From Tubulanus polymorphus (Eukaryota > Animalia > Nemertea), in NCBI RefSeq assembly GCF_964204645.1, contig NC_134025.1, forward strand, positions 9,858,001-9,922,000: a stretch of 64,000 nt of DNA, written 5' to 3'. A program made the translations under genes and the position numbers. This document shows, piece after piece, positions 1-12,500 of the stretch. The notes beneath the pieces were generated by a model. It did not search any database and had not been told where the DNA came from. It saw nothing but the letters and a program-made list of their open reading frames with translations. The number at the start of each line of letters is the position of its first letter. Positions within the stretch are counted from its first letter, which is position 1.

Positions 1-415
1 AGACGTCGAAAAATCAATGTGGTTTAGTTAGTTCCAATAAAGCTGACCCGACACAAAAAACGTAGCGTAGAATTACTACTGTTCAATCCGATCTCGAAGA
101 CCAAGAATGAAGACTAAGCGAACGAATGTGTCTTCACGGGCCCGTTTATGGTCAGAATATTTGAAGAAATAAATTTTATGATTGGATAATGCGGAGATTA
201 TTGATAGAACGCTTGCACAGGGAAGTGAGCGAAGGACCGGAGCCGGCCGGCTATCTATCGCTGAAAGGCGGCGTCCGCGTTTAACCAGTCTTCCGTACAC
301 CGTTTGCCGTATTTTAGCGTCACTCAACTACACAGCTTTCGATGACGTTTCGATTTACGTGTAGAGTAGGAGTACCACCGAAACCAGGAAATAATCGAAA
401 TAATCGTCGAAAATA

Positions 416-3400
416 ATGGCGAGTGGGGTTACCGCACGAATAAATCCCACTAAAAAGCAGACTTTAGAGGATGCATACTCTGCCCCTGCTAACTTTTTAG
501 AAATAGATGTAAAAGATCCGCAAACTCACGGCGTTGGCAATAAAAGATACACCGATTATGAAATAAAACTACAGGTACCAACATTTCTTCTTGCCTCACT
601 TTCTTTCTACATTACATTTGTTACTGTTCTTTGATATACTTATAGCGACTGTATTTTGGTGGAGTGCACCAATGACGCATGGGCACATATAGGCCCAGTT
701 AACCTGATCGTTGGTGGTAAGCTTTTTATAATCGGATGGGCTTATACCGATTATACCATTGAGTGGTTTGTGAAAATATCCGATCGTGAAACTACACCAC
801 AGACAGGTTACTGACTAATATAAGCCTAGGCTATGAAAATTTGTTTCATGAATATAGAAAAGTAGTAGGACAGTGTTCTTCAACTCGTTGATTGCACAAT
901 TCTTGGTTCATTTGACTCTTTGGGTTTTAACATTGCGAAGTTGAAGCAATTTCTCGACTCCGCATAGTGAAATTTAACCTTTGGTTTTAGATCCAGTTTA
1001 TTCATGAGTAGTTTATATGTATTTTTGCTGAAATTGTACTGTTTTTATCTTATTGCAGACGAACTTGCCAGTATTTCGAGCGAAAGAGTCCAGTGTTCGA
1101 CGACGTTACAGTGATTTCGAATGGTTGCGAACTGAACTTGAAAGAGATAGTAAAGCAAGTGTTAATATAGGGCCTGTGATTCTTTAACCCATTAGCACTC
1201 AAGCCGCCTGTATCCGCCCTGCCTATTACTCCTCTAGCCGCCGGAATACGCCCTGACAATTTTCTCCTATGCTGCACGAAAATGGTTATTGTGGGATTTG
1301 AACCCAATAGCATATGATAAACAAGACGCCCAAGTCCTCGAAATACCATACAGAAATCAACATCTTCCCATTTGAAATTCTCGAGTATTTGGAGTAAGAA
1401 CATGACAGATCTGAGCGCTCACTTCAAACCCAAGTATGTTTGGATGAATTTAGGGGGGGGCACAATTTTGGTGGCCCACCTCATCAAATCTTATATCATA
1501 TGAGAGACTTGCCTATTTATTATTACAAAATAACACAAACTTGTAATGTATGAAAATAAACAGCAAATGAGCCATTAGGTATCATGATTAAATAACGACT
1601 TTCCCTTGAGTTTTCTGAGGAGTAATTGACACTACATAGTCTGAGCGCTGATTGGTTAAATAAAGATCAGTTTCGAAAAAATGATAAATAATCCTCAGTT
1701 TGTCAACTGAACCGCTAGAACTTAGTGTAATACCCATCCAGTGGTTTCAACTTTTTGTTGTTGACAAAAAGTAAAACAGGCCTAATGCTTGTCATGTTGT
1801 CTAAGATGTGAATACCGTACTTCATATTTCCAGATAGTGGTACCTCCGCTACCGGGAAAGGCTTTGAAAAAACAATTACCTTTTCGGGGTGATGACGGAA
1901 TATTCGAGGATGAATTCATCGAAGAACGGAGGAAAGGATTGGAAGGCTTCGTGAATAAGTGAGTGCCAAACTTGAATTAGAAATCGATTATTGAATGTTT
2001 CATTATTGAGATTTAATTGACGTGAGCCGTGCTTTGCCTTTTAAACGCGAAGTACCCAATCATTAGGCTAAACAAAAATGATACCTTGTTTCTCCGCAGC
2101 GGTCGGGTCATTTTTGTAAAATTTGATAGAATTTGTAAACAGTTCATTTCTATAGCGGCCGGGTCTGTTATGGTAAAATTGATCACGATTTAAAAAAGTA
2201 ATGTATAGGGTAGATAGGCGGCCGGCCGGGTCAACATTTAAGCTCAGCAGAGCGGAGAAACAAGATATCAATTTTTTTTAGCCTTATCTACATTCACTCC
2301 TGCGCATGGAACAGGCTTAATCAAATTGGGTGGCGGGACCTTGAAAATTGGGTAGAAAATGAATTTTTAGCCCACTTGGGACTTTAGTCGCAGTGGGCTA
2401 TTGCGTTCACTTATCGTCCGTCCGTAGACGGAATCCAGTTATTTTGGAAGTTTTGGAGACGCTTCAAGGTAATGTCTTGATATTTGGTTTATACATGTAT
2501 CTACCCTTGACACATCTTCAGCCCAAAAACTGGTCCTGTCAGAATCATGATCTTTCGTATGTATTTTAACCCCCCCCCCCCCAGGGCCCATCAGCATAAC
2601 AAAAATTGGGTCGATCGAACTCAAGATGGTCGTCCTAGGACCTTTTCAGTGCCCAAAAATGTCAATTTTGGCCCGAATTCTGAGTCCTGTAGCTTCCTAC
2701 TGGTTTGCCATTTCTCATTGCAACTGCTGATGGGTATTCTTTGGAAAGGGATGTTTTATACCTGAGACAGGTATTTTTGATCAGGCAACTATGACGCAAT
2801 TGGCGGCTATCTTAGTGTCATCAGTACCCATTCATAGGTGGGAAAAAGTTTTTCGACATTATATTGAAACCTAAGCATATTTTGCTACGACAATGAATGA
2901 CAAAATTGTAGCTTATAACGTGTTCTATGATTGTGGTGAGTTTCAAGGTCATTAGTTTTGGTATATGGCCACCAGGGGGCGTTGAATGATACAATATCTT
3001 AGTATTTCTATATTCTATTTGTACCAATAAATATTTTGTTACCACAATCAATTGCAAAGTTGTAGCTCATGGGTTTTGAATATGGTCACCAGGGGGCGTT
3101 GAATAGTAGAATAACTTAGTATTTCCATATTAAATTTGGTAACGAGGCATATTTTGTTATCACAATCAATTACAAAATCGTAGCTGCTGACATGTTCTAT
3201 GATTATAATGAGTTTCAAGGTCATTGGTTTTTGTATATGGTCACCAAGGGCATTGAATATTGAAATTGTTAGATTGTTGAGCATTTGAAACCACTTCCCA
3301 AGTGGGCATGGTGTCCCTGGACCCCTAGTTTCAGTCAGGGTAGATAAAGCATTACCAACAAGCTTCCACAGGTCTTTTGGCTTCAACAGGTCTTCTTTGG

Positions 3401-3707
3401 ATGCGCTGATAAAGTGCATTGATTTGACAGATTTAAGCAAAATGTAAAACTTTGGAAAAATACGTTTATAGCGTCTGCCCTGTTGGTCCTCTCCTCGAAT
3501 ATTAGGTGTATAAGATCATCGTTGAATTCGACTTAACATCAGTGTGTATTGTGAAGCCATTATTAAGAATGCTGTAAAAAAATCATCCTTTTTCATTTCA
3601 GAGTTGCTGGCCATCCATTAGCGCAAAATGAGAAATGCCTTCATATGTTCCTGCAGGAGCACGTTATAGACAAAAACTATGTACCGGGAAAAATGCGTAC
3701 GACATGA
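416..3707 (+). CDS. SNX12: Sorting nexin 3/12 (PX-domain-only sorting nexin), 161 aa
   Basis: Exons 416-574, 1059-1154, 1834-1958, 3602-3707 join in frame (486 nt). Protein contains DAYSAPANFLEIDV, RYTDYEI, TNLPVF..VRRRYSDFEWL..LERDSKIVVPPLPGKAL..QLPFRGDDGIF..VAGHPLAQNEKCLHMFLQE, characteristic of SNX3/SNX12. Probably a co-ortholog of both vertebrate genes. Intron 2 needs a GC donor. Confidence 0.96.
1188..1655. mobile_element. piggyBac-like MITE in SNX intron 2
   Basis: TTAA on both sides (1184-1187, 1656-1659). Imperfect TIRs CCCATTAGCACTCAA / CTGAGCGCTGATTGG. No transposase ORF. Confidence 0.6.
2066..2283. mobile_element. PIF/Harbinger (Tourist-like) MITE in SNX intron 3
   Basis: About 30-bp TIRs GGCTAAACAAAAATGATACCTTGTTTCTCCGC / GCGGAGAAACAAGATATCAATTTTTTTTAGCC, flanked by a TTA duplication (2063-2065, 2284-2286). 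Confidence 0.8.
2364..3331 (+). mobile_element. HINE/DINE-1-like non-autonomous Helentron with internal tandem repeats
   Basis: T-run start; subterminal IR GCCCACTTGGG (2370-2380) / CCCAAGTGGGC (3297-3307); partial IR CAGTGGGCTA (2391-2400); GTCC microsatellite (about 2415-2425); degenerate central tandem units (about 2870-3260); 3' short hairpin plus CTAG followed by TTT. Confidence 0.75.
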
Positions 3708-4100
3708 TTGAACGGAACAGGTGTATGATTAATCAATTGTAAACACAAAACTTTTACCGGCTGTTTGACGCCCGCGGCAATTCTGATATATTATAAAATA
3801 GCGTAAAAATACGAGGATATTGTGATTTCTAGCATTCATTTCTTACATTTCTTCTCGGAAAATCTTACTACTTTCAACTAATAGAACTTGAATTGTTTGC
3901 TGTGTGTGCGCGTATGACATCATTAATACTAATATATACCTCTATATATCATAGGCTATACATGTACGAACATACTTAACTACACTGGTTAGAAAATTCC
4001 GAAAATGCATAAGAACGGTTGTGAATTCTGATTCTGAATTCTGTATTTCTGAATTCTGATTAGCTTAGTATCGTTAATGTCCCTCTTATATCATCGAATA

Positions 4101-4544
4101 CAGTCAAACTCGCTCAGAGTCGTTACGTACATTAAAAGTTGCATAATCGCCTAGGTCGTATGAGGTTTAGAAACCTGTTTTTCCCCATTCGAAATTCCAT
4201 TTGTAAGTCGTGTAATTATCGGATTCGACGTCCTGATTCTCTGTTTTTCCCAATTTGGCGGAATTAGATCTAATTGCCTCAGTCGCTGGTCCCTTTTCCT
4301 ATTGGTTCTCAGTTTTATGGAAGCCGATTTTTTTCCGAACTGAAACAGTTCGTAGTATGTTGCGAGCGAGTAAAAAATCAGTTGAAATTTGTCGGAAATA
4401 TCCGAGGGGGAAATACTAGTTCGTTCAATAAGTAAGTTTCATTTTCTTACGCATAAATTTTGACAAATACGGTAAAATTCTACCTATTCCGCAACTCGTT
4501 GCCCTGGCAATTCGCCGAGTTAACGACTTAAGCGAGTTTGACTC
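4101..4544. mobile_element. Tc1/mariner-type (TA-CAGT) MITE downstream of the SNX stop
   Basis: TIRs CAGTCAAACTCGCTCAGAGTCGTTA / TAACGACTTAAGCGAGTTTGACTC, preceded by TA. Ends resemble the elements at 22493 and 45670. Confidence 0.7.
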
Positions 4545-4694
4545 AACACATAAGGCTTTCTGTTTTATGAATTTATCTTCGTTAATTTAATGTTTTCTAG
4601 TTGGGATCGCTTGTTTGCTAGGGGTATCGCGTGTGGATGGGATTATTTTTAGAAATTTTGTTCGACTGCGACGATTGATAGCCTCGTCGCGTCG

Positions 4695-4765
4695 TCGTAC
4701 TGGGATTCGAACCCGATGGTATCTCGACGCGATCGAGTTCAAAGTCCCCGTCGAGGGTCCGTTCG
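4695..4765 (-). mobile_element. tRNA-derived SINE-like fragment
   Basis: Minus strand reads ...CCATCGGGTTCGAATCCC (B-box/T-arm-like). A related copy lies at about 37150-37215 (CCATCAGGTTCGAATCCC). No full cloverleaf. Confidence 0.4.
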
Positions 4766-6052
4766 TTTAAAAAATTCCAACGTTAACTATCATGTCCATA
4801 TACGATAGAACGACAGATGGCGCCTAAGTCAACTTCATCGCGCGCGGCTTTCCGATTTTAATATACTGTTTATCTGAGTGTCAAAGCTCTTATTTTATAA
4901 TGACTAATCGTTTAACTGAATAAAAAAAGGTTGAGTGGACTGAAATTTAAAGCGATGAACCACTTCTCGAATTATCTGATATCGTTTTGCACTGTTCGGG
5001 ATTGATTGGATTTTTATGAAAGTCTTTAACAATTCTAATCCTCTGCAGCCTAAAATGTATTGTATAATTTAATAGCGAAACTGTTGTAGTGTACGGTGTC
5101 CTGAATGACGAATGAATGAATGAAGTTGATAATAAAAGGTACATCGATATTTCGCTTTACCTGTCTCGATGCGATATGATGCAATGATGATTATTAGTAT
5201 ACGCTACGATATTTATTGTGCCCCGTATAAAATTGTTATTCTACAATGTAAATGTAATAGTAAATAATAGAAGATTTTTTATATTGATAATAATTATTGT
5301 AACAATTTAAAACCCGCAACTATTCCGATGGCGCTCTGTGCGTTTTTTGCTTTTATTCGTGTGCATTGTTTCGCTGATTATATAATAATTCCGCGTTTTC
5401 TCGATATTGATATAGTCGATTTGCGCCTCGAATTGCAGAAAATGATATTATATGTGTTCACTTCTTGGTTGATATCGTGGTCAAATCGTGAAGTCGAGCG
5501 TAGGTCGGCCTCGCGACGCAACGCGATCGTCGCTGGCGGTCGCAAGGCCGACCTATACGCCCGGTTTGTCAACAGTGGAACCTCGTTATAGAAAGTGTTA
5601 GAAATACATTCGAACTTGAACAAGAACTTTTACGTGAAGCCATTTTTATCGGAAACATAACAAACCAAACGTATTGAGAAAATTTGCCCGGCAACCCTGT
5701 TCTAACTGAAGATGTCACATCGTCAACCTTCCGCTCCCTTATCTAAGGCTGTGGTAGTTTTGCGTCGTAGTTTGGTATCAGCTTCGGTCAGTGACGAAAA
5801 CAATTTGATCGATTCTCATATTGGTTGTAACTGTCTTGCGGATTCCAATTCTGACCAGTTTCCACTGTGTCGGGCGGCTAGATTCGAAATTATTTGCAGT
5901 GGTTGAGGTTGAACTGAACACGAAGCTAATTTCGAGGTCACTTGTGTACTTATATACTATCTCCGACCATACCCCAGTATGATTATGATCATGGTTCTTT
6001 TTTACCGATGGAAAAATGATCACTGGTCGTATAAACTGAGAGATTCAGCCAC

Positions 6053-6076
6053 ATTGATTGATTGATTGATTGATTG
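6053..6076. repeat. (GATT)n microsatellite
   Basis: Run of ATTGATTGATTG upstream of the guanylyl cyclase. Confidence 0.85.
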
Positions 6077-6513
6077 GCCAGATATAGGTTCGCTACGATG
6101 TATGTTTTCTCTCAACTATAATTTACTTGTTATCAGTGGGTGTTGAATGTATGAATGTGAGAAATAAAAACAAAAAAGTAAATATATAAATGTATATATC
6201 TATATAAATTTCTACTCGCGGCTTTGATCATTCGTTTGTTCCGCGAGGAAGGCTTTCATTAGCGAAAGAACTTTAATTTACGGTCAAGCCCTTACAGTTT
6301 CTGATTGTTTATTTATCGGCTGCGGAGTTGAAATTACCCCCAAGATGACGACGGAATAGTCACCATTACGGTATGTCGGGTTATTTGCCTGAAAAAAATC
6401 GGCTTACCTATCGAAACCACTTAAAGTCATCTCGCTCACCGCCACACCTGCGGGATCGTCATTCCGACATTCGCGCGCATGTCTGAGGTCTAAACGCCAG
6501 ACGACATCACAAC

Positions 6514-9500
6514 ATGTCCAACAACCGGCAGCGATACCACGCGTCATTAGGTGCGCTAACGTTGTTTCTATTTCTAATCTGCGGGGTATTACGGATTCGT
6601 ACGCTGGAGTTCAAGATCGGTTTTTTCGCGCCGAAAACGTCCGACCAGGCGTTCACGGTTTCGTCGAGCATAGGCGCGTTTTACTACGGCCTCGAATTGA
6701 TCAGTCAGGACGATACGCTTCTAAGAGGGCACTCCTTCAAGTAAGTAATTTGCCTATGCGGTAGATTTTTTCAATTTCATTTAAGAAGGGAGAGGAATGA
6801 AGTATATGAATTTCGGTTTCGAGTAAAATAACAAAGGTGTCATTCGTTTTGTTAAGTTGTTGCTAACGTGTACCCACTCAGTAAGAATGCTTCTTAAAGC
6901 CCAACACAGGAAAAACTGAAACACGGAATCAAACAAGCTTTCTCTCGGAAATATATACTGTTTCTCGAAACCATGTTTCATACGTTTCTCGTAAATACAC
7001 ACGACATGGAAACGCCCGGAAACATGTTTCTGTCTCCTGTTTCCGTGTTTCACTACGTCATCGTCTGCCCTTCGCGCACCTCCTAGACCCCTCTCAGAAA
7101 AAGAAACAGGGAAGGTTCGCCGGTGATTAGGACACATGCTGTCAGGAAATTAGCTCCCACCAAATACCAATTATCTTTCAAAGCTAATACGAGATGGATC
7201 GAAGATCGTGAGAGCAATGTTAGGTGTTAGGAATAAACATTTTCTTTGTTTTGTATCGAATTCTCAAGGTTGTTTTTTTCTAAGCGCATTTCTTTTGATT
7301 TATTCAATACATTAACGGGTAACTTGCTATTAGTAGTACCAAGTTCCCGAGAGCATGAAAACTTGGACAAAGATGGTTTAGTATCACTAATATATTGCGT
7401 GTTTGTGCGCGTCCATATGAAGAAGAATAGCCGCTATTTCCGGCCCATCGTCCTTCATATGCAGAGTTAATATGTCAGTGAGATCTATAGTGCGATTTCG
7501 AACCACTTTATGTAGAAGTTTATGGTGTCTGGCGAAAACAAATGATTATTGATAAAGCACAACATTCAAACCATGATATCTCAATAAAACCGCAACCGTG
7601 TAATTTACCGACGGATGATAAGTGATATCCGGATGTTGACGTGTGTAGCAAAGTTACCACGCGAGCTACGTAAACGAACAGAACTGTTATCATATCAAAT
7701 TTTGGAGAAGATTTATTGGAAAGTATTTATAAGTACTAGAAATCATCTGGACGTTTTGCTCGAATATTTTGTACACAGTTCTTATACACAAAAAATGTCA
7801 TTTTTTTAAATAGGGATTGACTAAGTTATTTTTTCAATTGGTAGATTTCGTTTGATTCGTTTTGATTTGGTGTCCCTTACAAACCCTTCACTCTTTCCGG
7901 GAGCGAAACAGGGGGTTTGATTTTGAAATCGGAAATCGAAGTACATGCGTTATCGGCGGTCGAATTTCCATCATTTCCGTCTCTTGTTTGAATCGAAATG
8001 CATAATAGTAAATTGTTCAGTTTCCGTTCATTTAAACAATCTTCCAACGTTATATATTGTCTTAATGGCGAGTTTGTTGCCTATATTTTATGTTGCGTGT
8101 GTCGAGGCCTTCGTGTTCGATTATTTTTGTTTATTGGTATATCTTTGCCAACAAGGCGTTTTCCGTTGTCCCACAGGGAATTGATGATTTCAAGATTTTG
8201 ATATATTTATCCGGAATTGGAAATGTCTCGGAAGTGTACCATAAAAGCGGTTGTTAGCTCATACGAAGGAGTCAAGAATGGTGAATTTGCCAGTGATTTT
8301 GCTAGTATCATATACAACGCTAGTTGAAAGGGCCACATTGCTATCTGTTACATCTATCGTCGATTTGGCCTTAAATGGCTTACTTGCAGCGGTTATATTT
8401 GTCATCATTTACGGTTTGATCAGTGTAAATAAAATGATGAATCATTATACGCAGAGTGATGTGGCTGGACAGTGCGTGTAGCGGAAAACAAGCCGCTGGA
8501 AAAGCAGTTGAAATCTACAGAGATACCGACGTTTTTATAGGGCCTCCTTGTTCTCCAGGTTCGTTGAAATGATTTTGAACTACATTATAGAAGCAACTTC
8601 ATGCATAACAAGGTGCAAATCACGTAGTTATATCAGAGACGGATATTATATTACATTCCAGCGACAGTTACAGTTGGTCAATTGGCATCTTACTGGGACA
8701 CACCGCTCTTCAGTTGGGTATCCACGGGCACTGAACTAAAGGATAAGTCCGTCTATACAACTCTGGTGCGGACTCTCGGTCCACTTGATAAATTTGGTAT
8801 GTGTTCAAGGCTGATATACGACCCCACACTTCCACATCATAAACAATTGTAAAACAAATTTCAATTAGATAATTAAATAATTAAGAGGATAGATGCGAGA
8901 TTAATGGGGTTGGAGAGTATATTCGATGAAGCCCAACGCAGATGACGCAGGAAAACATGGAAATACAGAAGAAACACGGTATCACACATTGTTGATCTCG
9001 GAGACATAGTATCCCGAAACAATGACATGTCTCTTAAACGCTCACGACACATGGAAACGCTCGAAAATATGTTTCTGTCCGCTGTTTCCGTGTTTTCCTG
9101 CCACGTGTGTGTTGGGCTTTTGGCTTACGTATTGACAACTGCAGACAATATTTCCTTCAAAGTCAACTAAATTGTTGGAAATCGGGTCTAGATTTATTCA
9201 TAAAAAGCCCATTCCTACGGCTGTTAATTGGCGACCGAATTATTCTTTCTTCATATTCTATCGTTTTTAATCGAATTTAGAAGGTTTTTGTCGTTGTTGA
9301 CATTTCAGCGCACTTCTTCCACCATTTTTTCTATTCCGTGGGCTGGAGGAGCGCAGTGTTGGTAACGACTAGTGGCCACACCGTGCAGGTACTGTTCGAG
9401 AAAGCGCTAGAATTTGAGTTCCAGGACGCAAACATGACACTGGTCGCACAAATTGACCTACCATCAAATCCGACCAGACAGCAAATTCAGTCCGTTTTCA

Positions 9501-12500
9501 AAAGGATAAAAACTATCGCCAGGGGTAGGCAGACATATCAATCAGTGCAAATTCTCCATCACTCTTTCAATTCGAAATTTTTGTTTATTTTCTTGTATCT
9601 CCGGTATTTGCTTCTTATCAGAAAGAACTTGATTAGAATTCATCAATGAAATTAATTTCGCCGCTAAGATCCACCCATTCAATTTATTATCCGGATGATT
9701 TTACAGCTAAAAACTTCAGAACGAAATCAATTTTTGAAAACGGATATTAAAATCACTTCTGTTTACACCGGTATAGTAAGATTTGTGAAAACAAAAAAAC
9801 ATCCTTCCATGCTTTGCAGTTATAATTCTATCAGTGCCAGTAAAGAAGTTACGTGCGTTCATGCTAGAAGCGTATGATCTCGACATGACATCGGGAGAAT
9901 ACGTTTTTCTCAGCGTCGATCAACTGCCACGAGATGATTTCATTTTCGGTAACACATGGCAAGGCGGCGACAACCGCGACGAAGACGCAAAATCAGCATT
10001 GCGATCGCTATTACACGTATGTTCTTCCGAAATATGGCATACTGCAGTTACTGTAATGTATTAGTATAAATATTCTTTTGGAGCATTCTGTTATGAGCCA
10101 AGCGTAGAAAAGAGTATGAATGAATTGACGGTGAAGCTTTACGGTTTTGGTATGTGAGATTATAGTTGCCTGTTAAGTTGGAGCTGCTCACAAGCCTAAA
10201 ACAAGACTGATTTCATATATTTCTAAGGATTCTCGCTACGACACTCGTTGTCAAAAATACAGAACGAAAAAAATATCTCGTTGCCAGGAAGTAAAGTATT
10301 CCCTGCCATCGTCCGGGCTTGCACGAAGGTCGTGTTTTTGTCTTCGAATTAATTCCATATTCTATCGTTTGATAGATAACCTATACAAATGTACCGGCTG
10401 ACACCGACCTGAGCTTGGATAAAATCCACCACTATTACGATTCGTTTGCCGACGCTTGCTTCGCCGCAGGACAACGCGGAATCTCGCGAGACAGCATTGA
10501 AAATGTATCATTAACTCGGGTAATGTATAGTTCTCATCTGCAGTGAGTCTTTATTCTTATATAAAGTTAAGCCGATTCCGATGATTTACCATAATTCCAC
10601 ACATATCTTTTCTTGATTTCGTTTAAATACGATACTTTTTAGTCAATTGTCGATGGTGCAATGTCATTTGAAGGTTATTTCATCTTGATGCATCACGCCT
10701 GTTCAAATATTCCATTTTTGTCCATATTTGGAATGCTCAACGTCCCGATGCTTTGCTTAAGAGATATATAGCTTGGCTGCCACAATCTAATAAAATGCTT
10801 CAAAAATTTTTGTCACCCATTTGTTTTTAACATGCTAATTCGCGGATTTATCGTTCAAGGCCGATGGCCATGCGCCTTTTTTAGTGGACGCCTTATTTCT
10901 GTGGGCTAACGTAGTCAACGATACCATCACTAAACGTGAGGATTACAGAAGCGGTTCGATCCTCTTCAAGAATGCTGTGTGGAAATATTTCAACGGTATG
11001 TATTGGAAAAGTGAAAAATTCTCCTCCCCAGGAATGTGGCGTATCATAGTGAGTTCCCGGACTGTAAATATGGTACATTGCGGGGACTACGGATATACAC
11101 TATAAAATGTAACGCCATGCTTTAAATGACATTTCAATTACCAGGTGTTTCAATACTTATTTTCTATTCAATCGACATGACACCTTATATATGATGTATC
11201 ATCAACATCATTGTGAATAATGAATTGACTTGAAAATTGCTTAAATAGTTTCGTTACGAATTTCTATCGCAGCTATAAAATGCACGCTATTGAAATTTCT
11301 ACTAGTTGAAATAAGGCTTGATAAGGCAAGAATATTAAATGAATTACGTGCATGTGTGTTCATCTATTGAATATATCTTAACTATATGAAAAAAAGTATA
11401 TTCAATGATATATGGTACTATACCAACGGTTCTATTTACTAAGGCAAAATACTATAATTCTATTTCAGGCATAACCGGCCAAGTTCTCATAGACGAAAGC
11501 GGGAACAGGTTTTCGAATTTTTGGGTGTGGAACTTCGGTCCGGATTTCCATTGGCGAGTAGCGCTCGAACTTATCTGGACCTACCAAGATGATGGCGAAC
11601 ATAGTAATTATGATCTGGTAAGAGGATAGTCTTTTCACAATTTGTACAAAAATCATTTAGCCATTACTGACCTCGCAAAGGTAGTCGTATTGAAAGCCCA
11701 CGGCCAGCTTAGTAGATAAATGCAATTTCGCGATAAATGCTGCACCGATAACGATTCATCAAGATTCATCTTACACGTTATCTAATTGCCGCTTCTTCTG
11801 CGTGGCTTGACAAGAAAAATTCACCAAAGACTGAATACGTGATCAATTTCAATAACAGTGGTCGCGCAGCCATGGATGTGCTTTTCCCACGTGACCACAC
11901 CATATTGGTTAAACACAATAAGTGATTTACCTGACAGTCCCACGAAGTATATTAATCCCCTGATTATTTTTTATTGTCATCTAAAACAAATCTACAAGTG
12001 CAGCAATGTTGGTAAACAGACTAACCAGACGTCACGTAGGCCTCTATAACCGCTATCGAATATCTATATCTATGTTTGTTTCGAGCAAATTCACGCTGTT
12101 TTCCAATCGATGTAGATTACCATTTCTATGTTTGGCAGGAGACTAAGGAGATCGCACCGATAATTTGGCCGAACGGTCTCACCGGTCTGAAAAATGTACC
12201 CGCGGATAGTCCACCGTGCGGCTTCCATGGAGAAAATTGCCAGCGCAGTAAGCGATAGCATTTCTAGCATTTGCACGACTCCGTTACGCTTTCAAAACAA
12301 AAAGTGAAACCGATACGAGATTAGGCCTATACTTTTCAAGGAGAATGATATTAAAAATAGAACGTTAATTACTAGTATTCATCTTAGCCGGTCGAATAGT
12401 GACGTGATTTGATATGCAAAACATTGATTTTGCAGGCAACACGAACATTTTGATCTCAGTCGTTTCCTTCATCTGTTTGATGTTCTTGCTCGGCATCGTT

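Noticed and set aside
3048-3440. 130-aa and adjacent 78-aa minus-strand ORFs with a repeated peptide (MTLKL..IIEHV.SY.FVI)
   Set aside because: They are translations of the tandem units inside the HINE-like element in SNX intron 3, with no transposase or Rep/helicase motifs.
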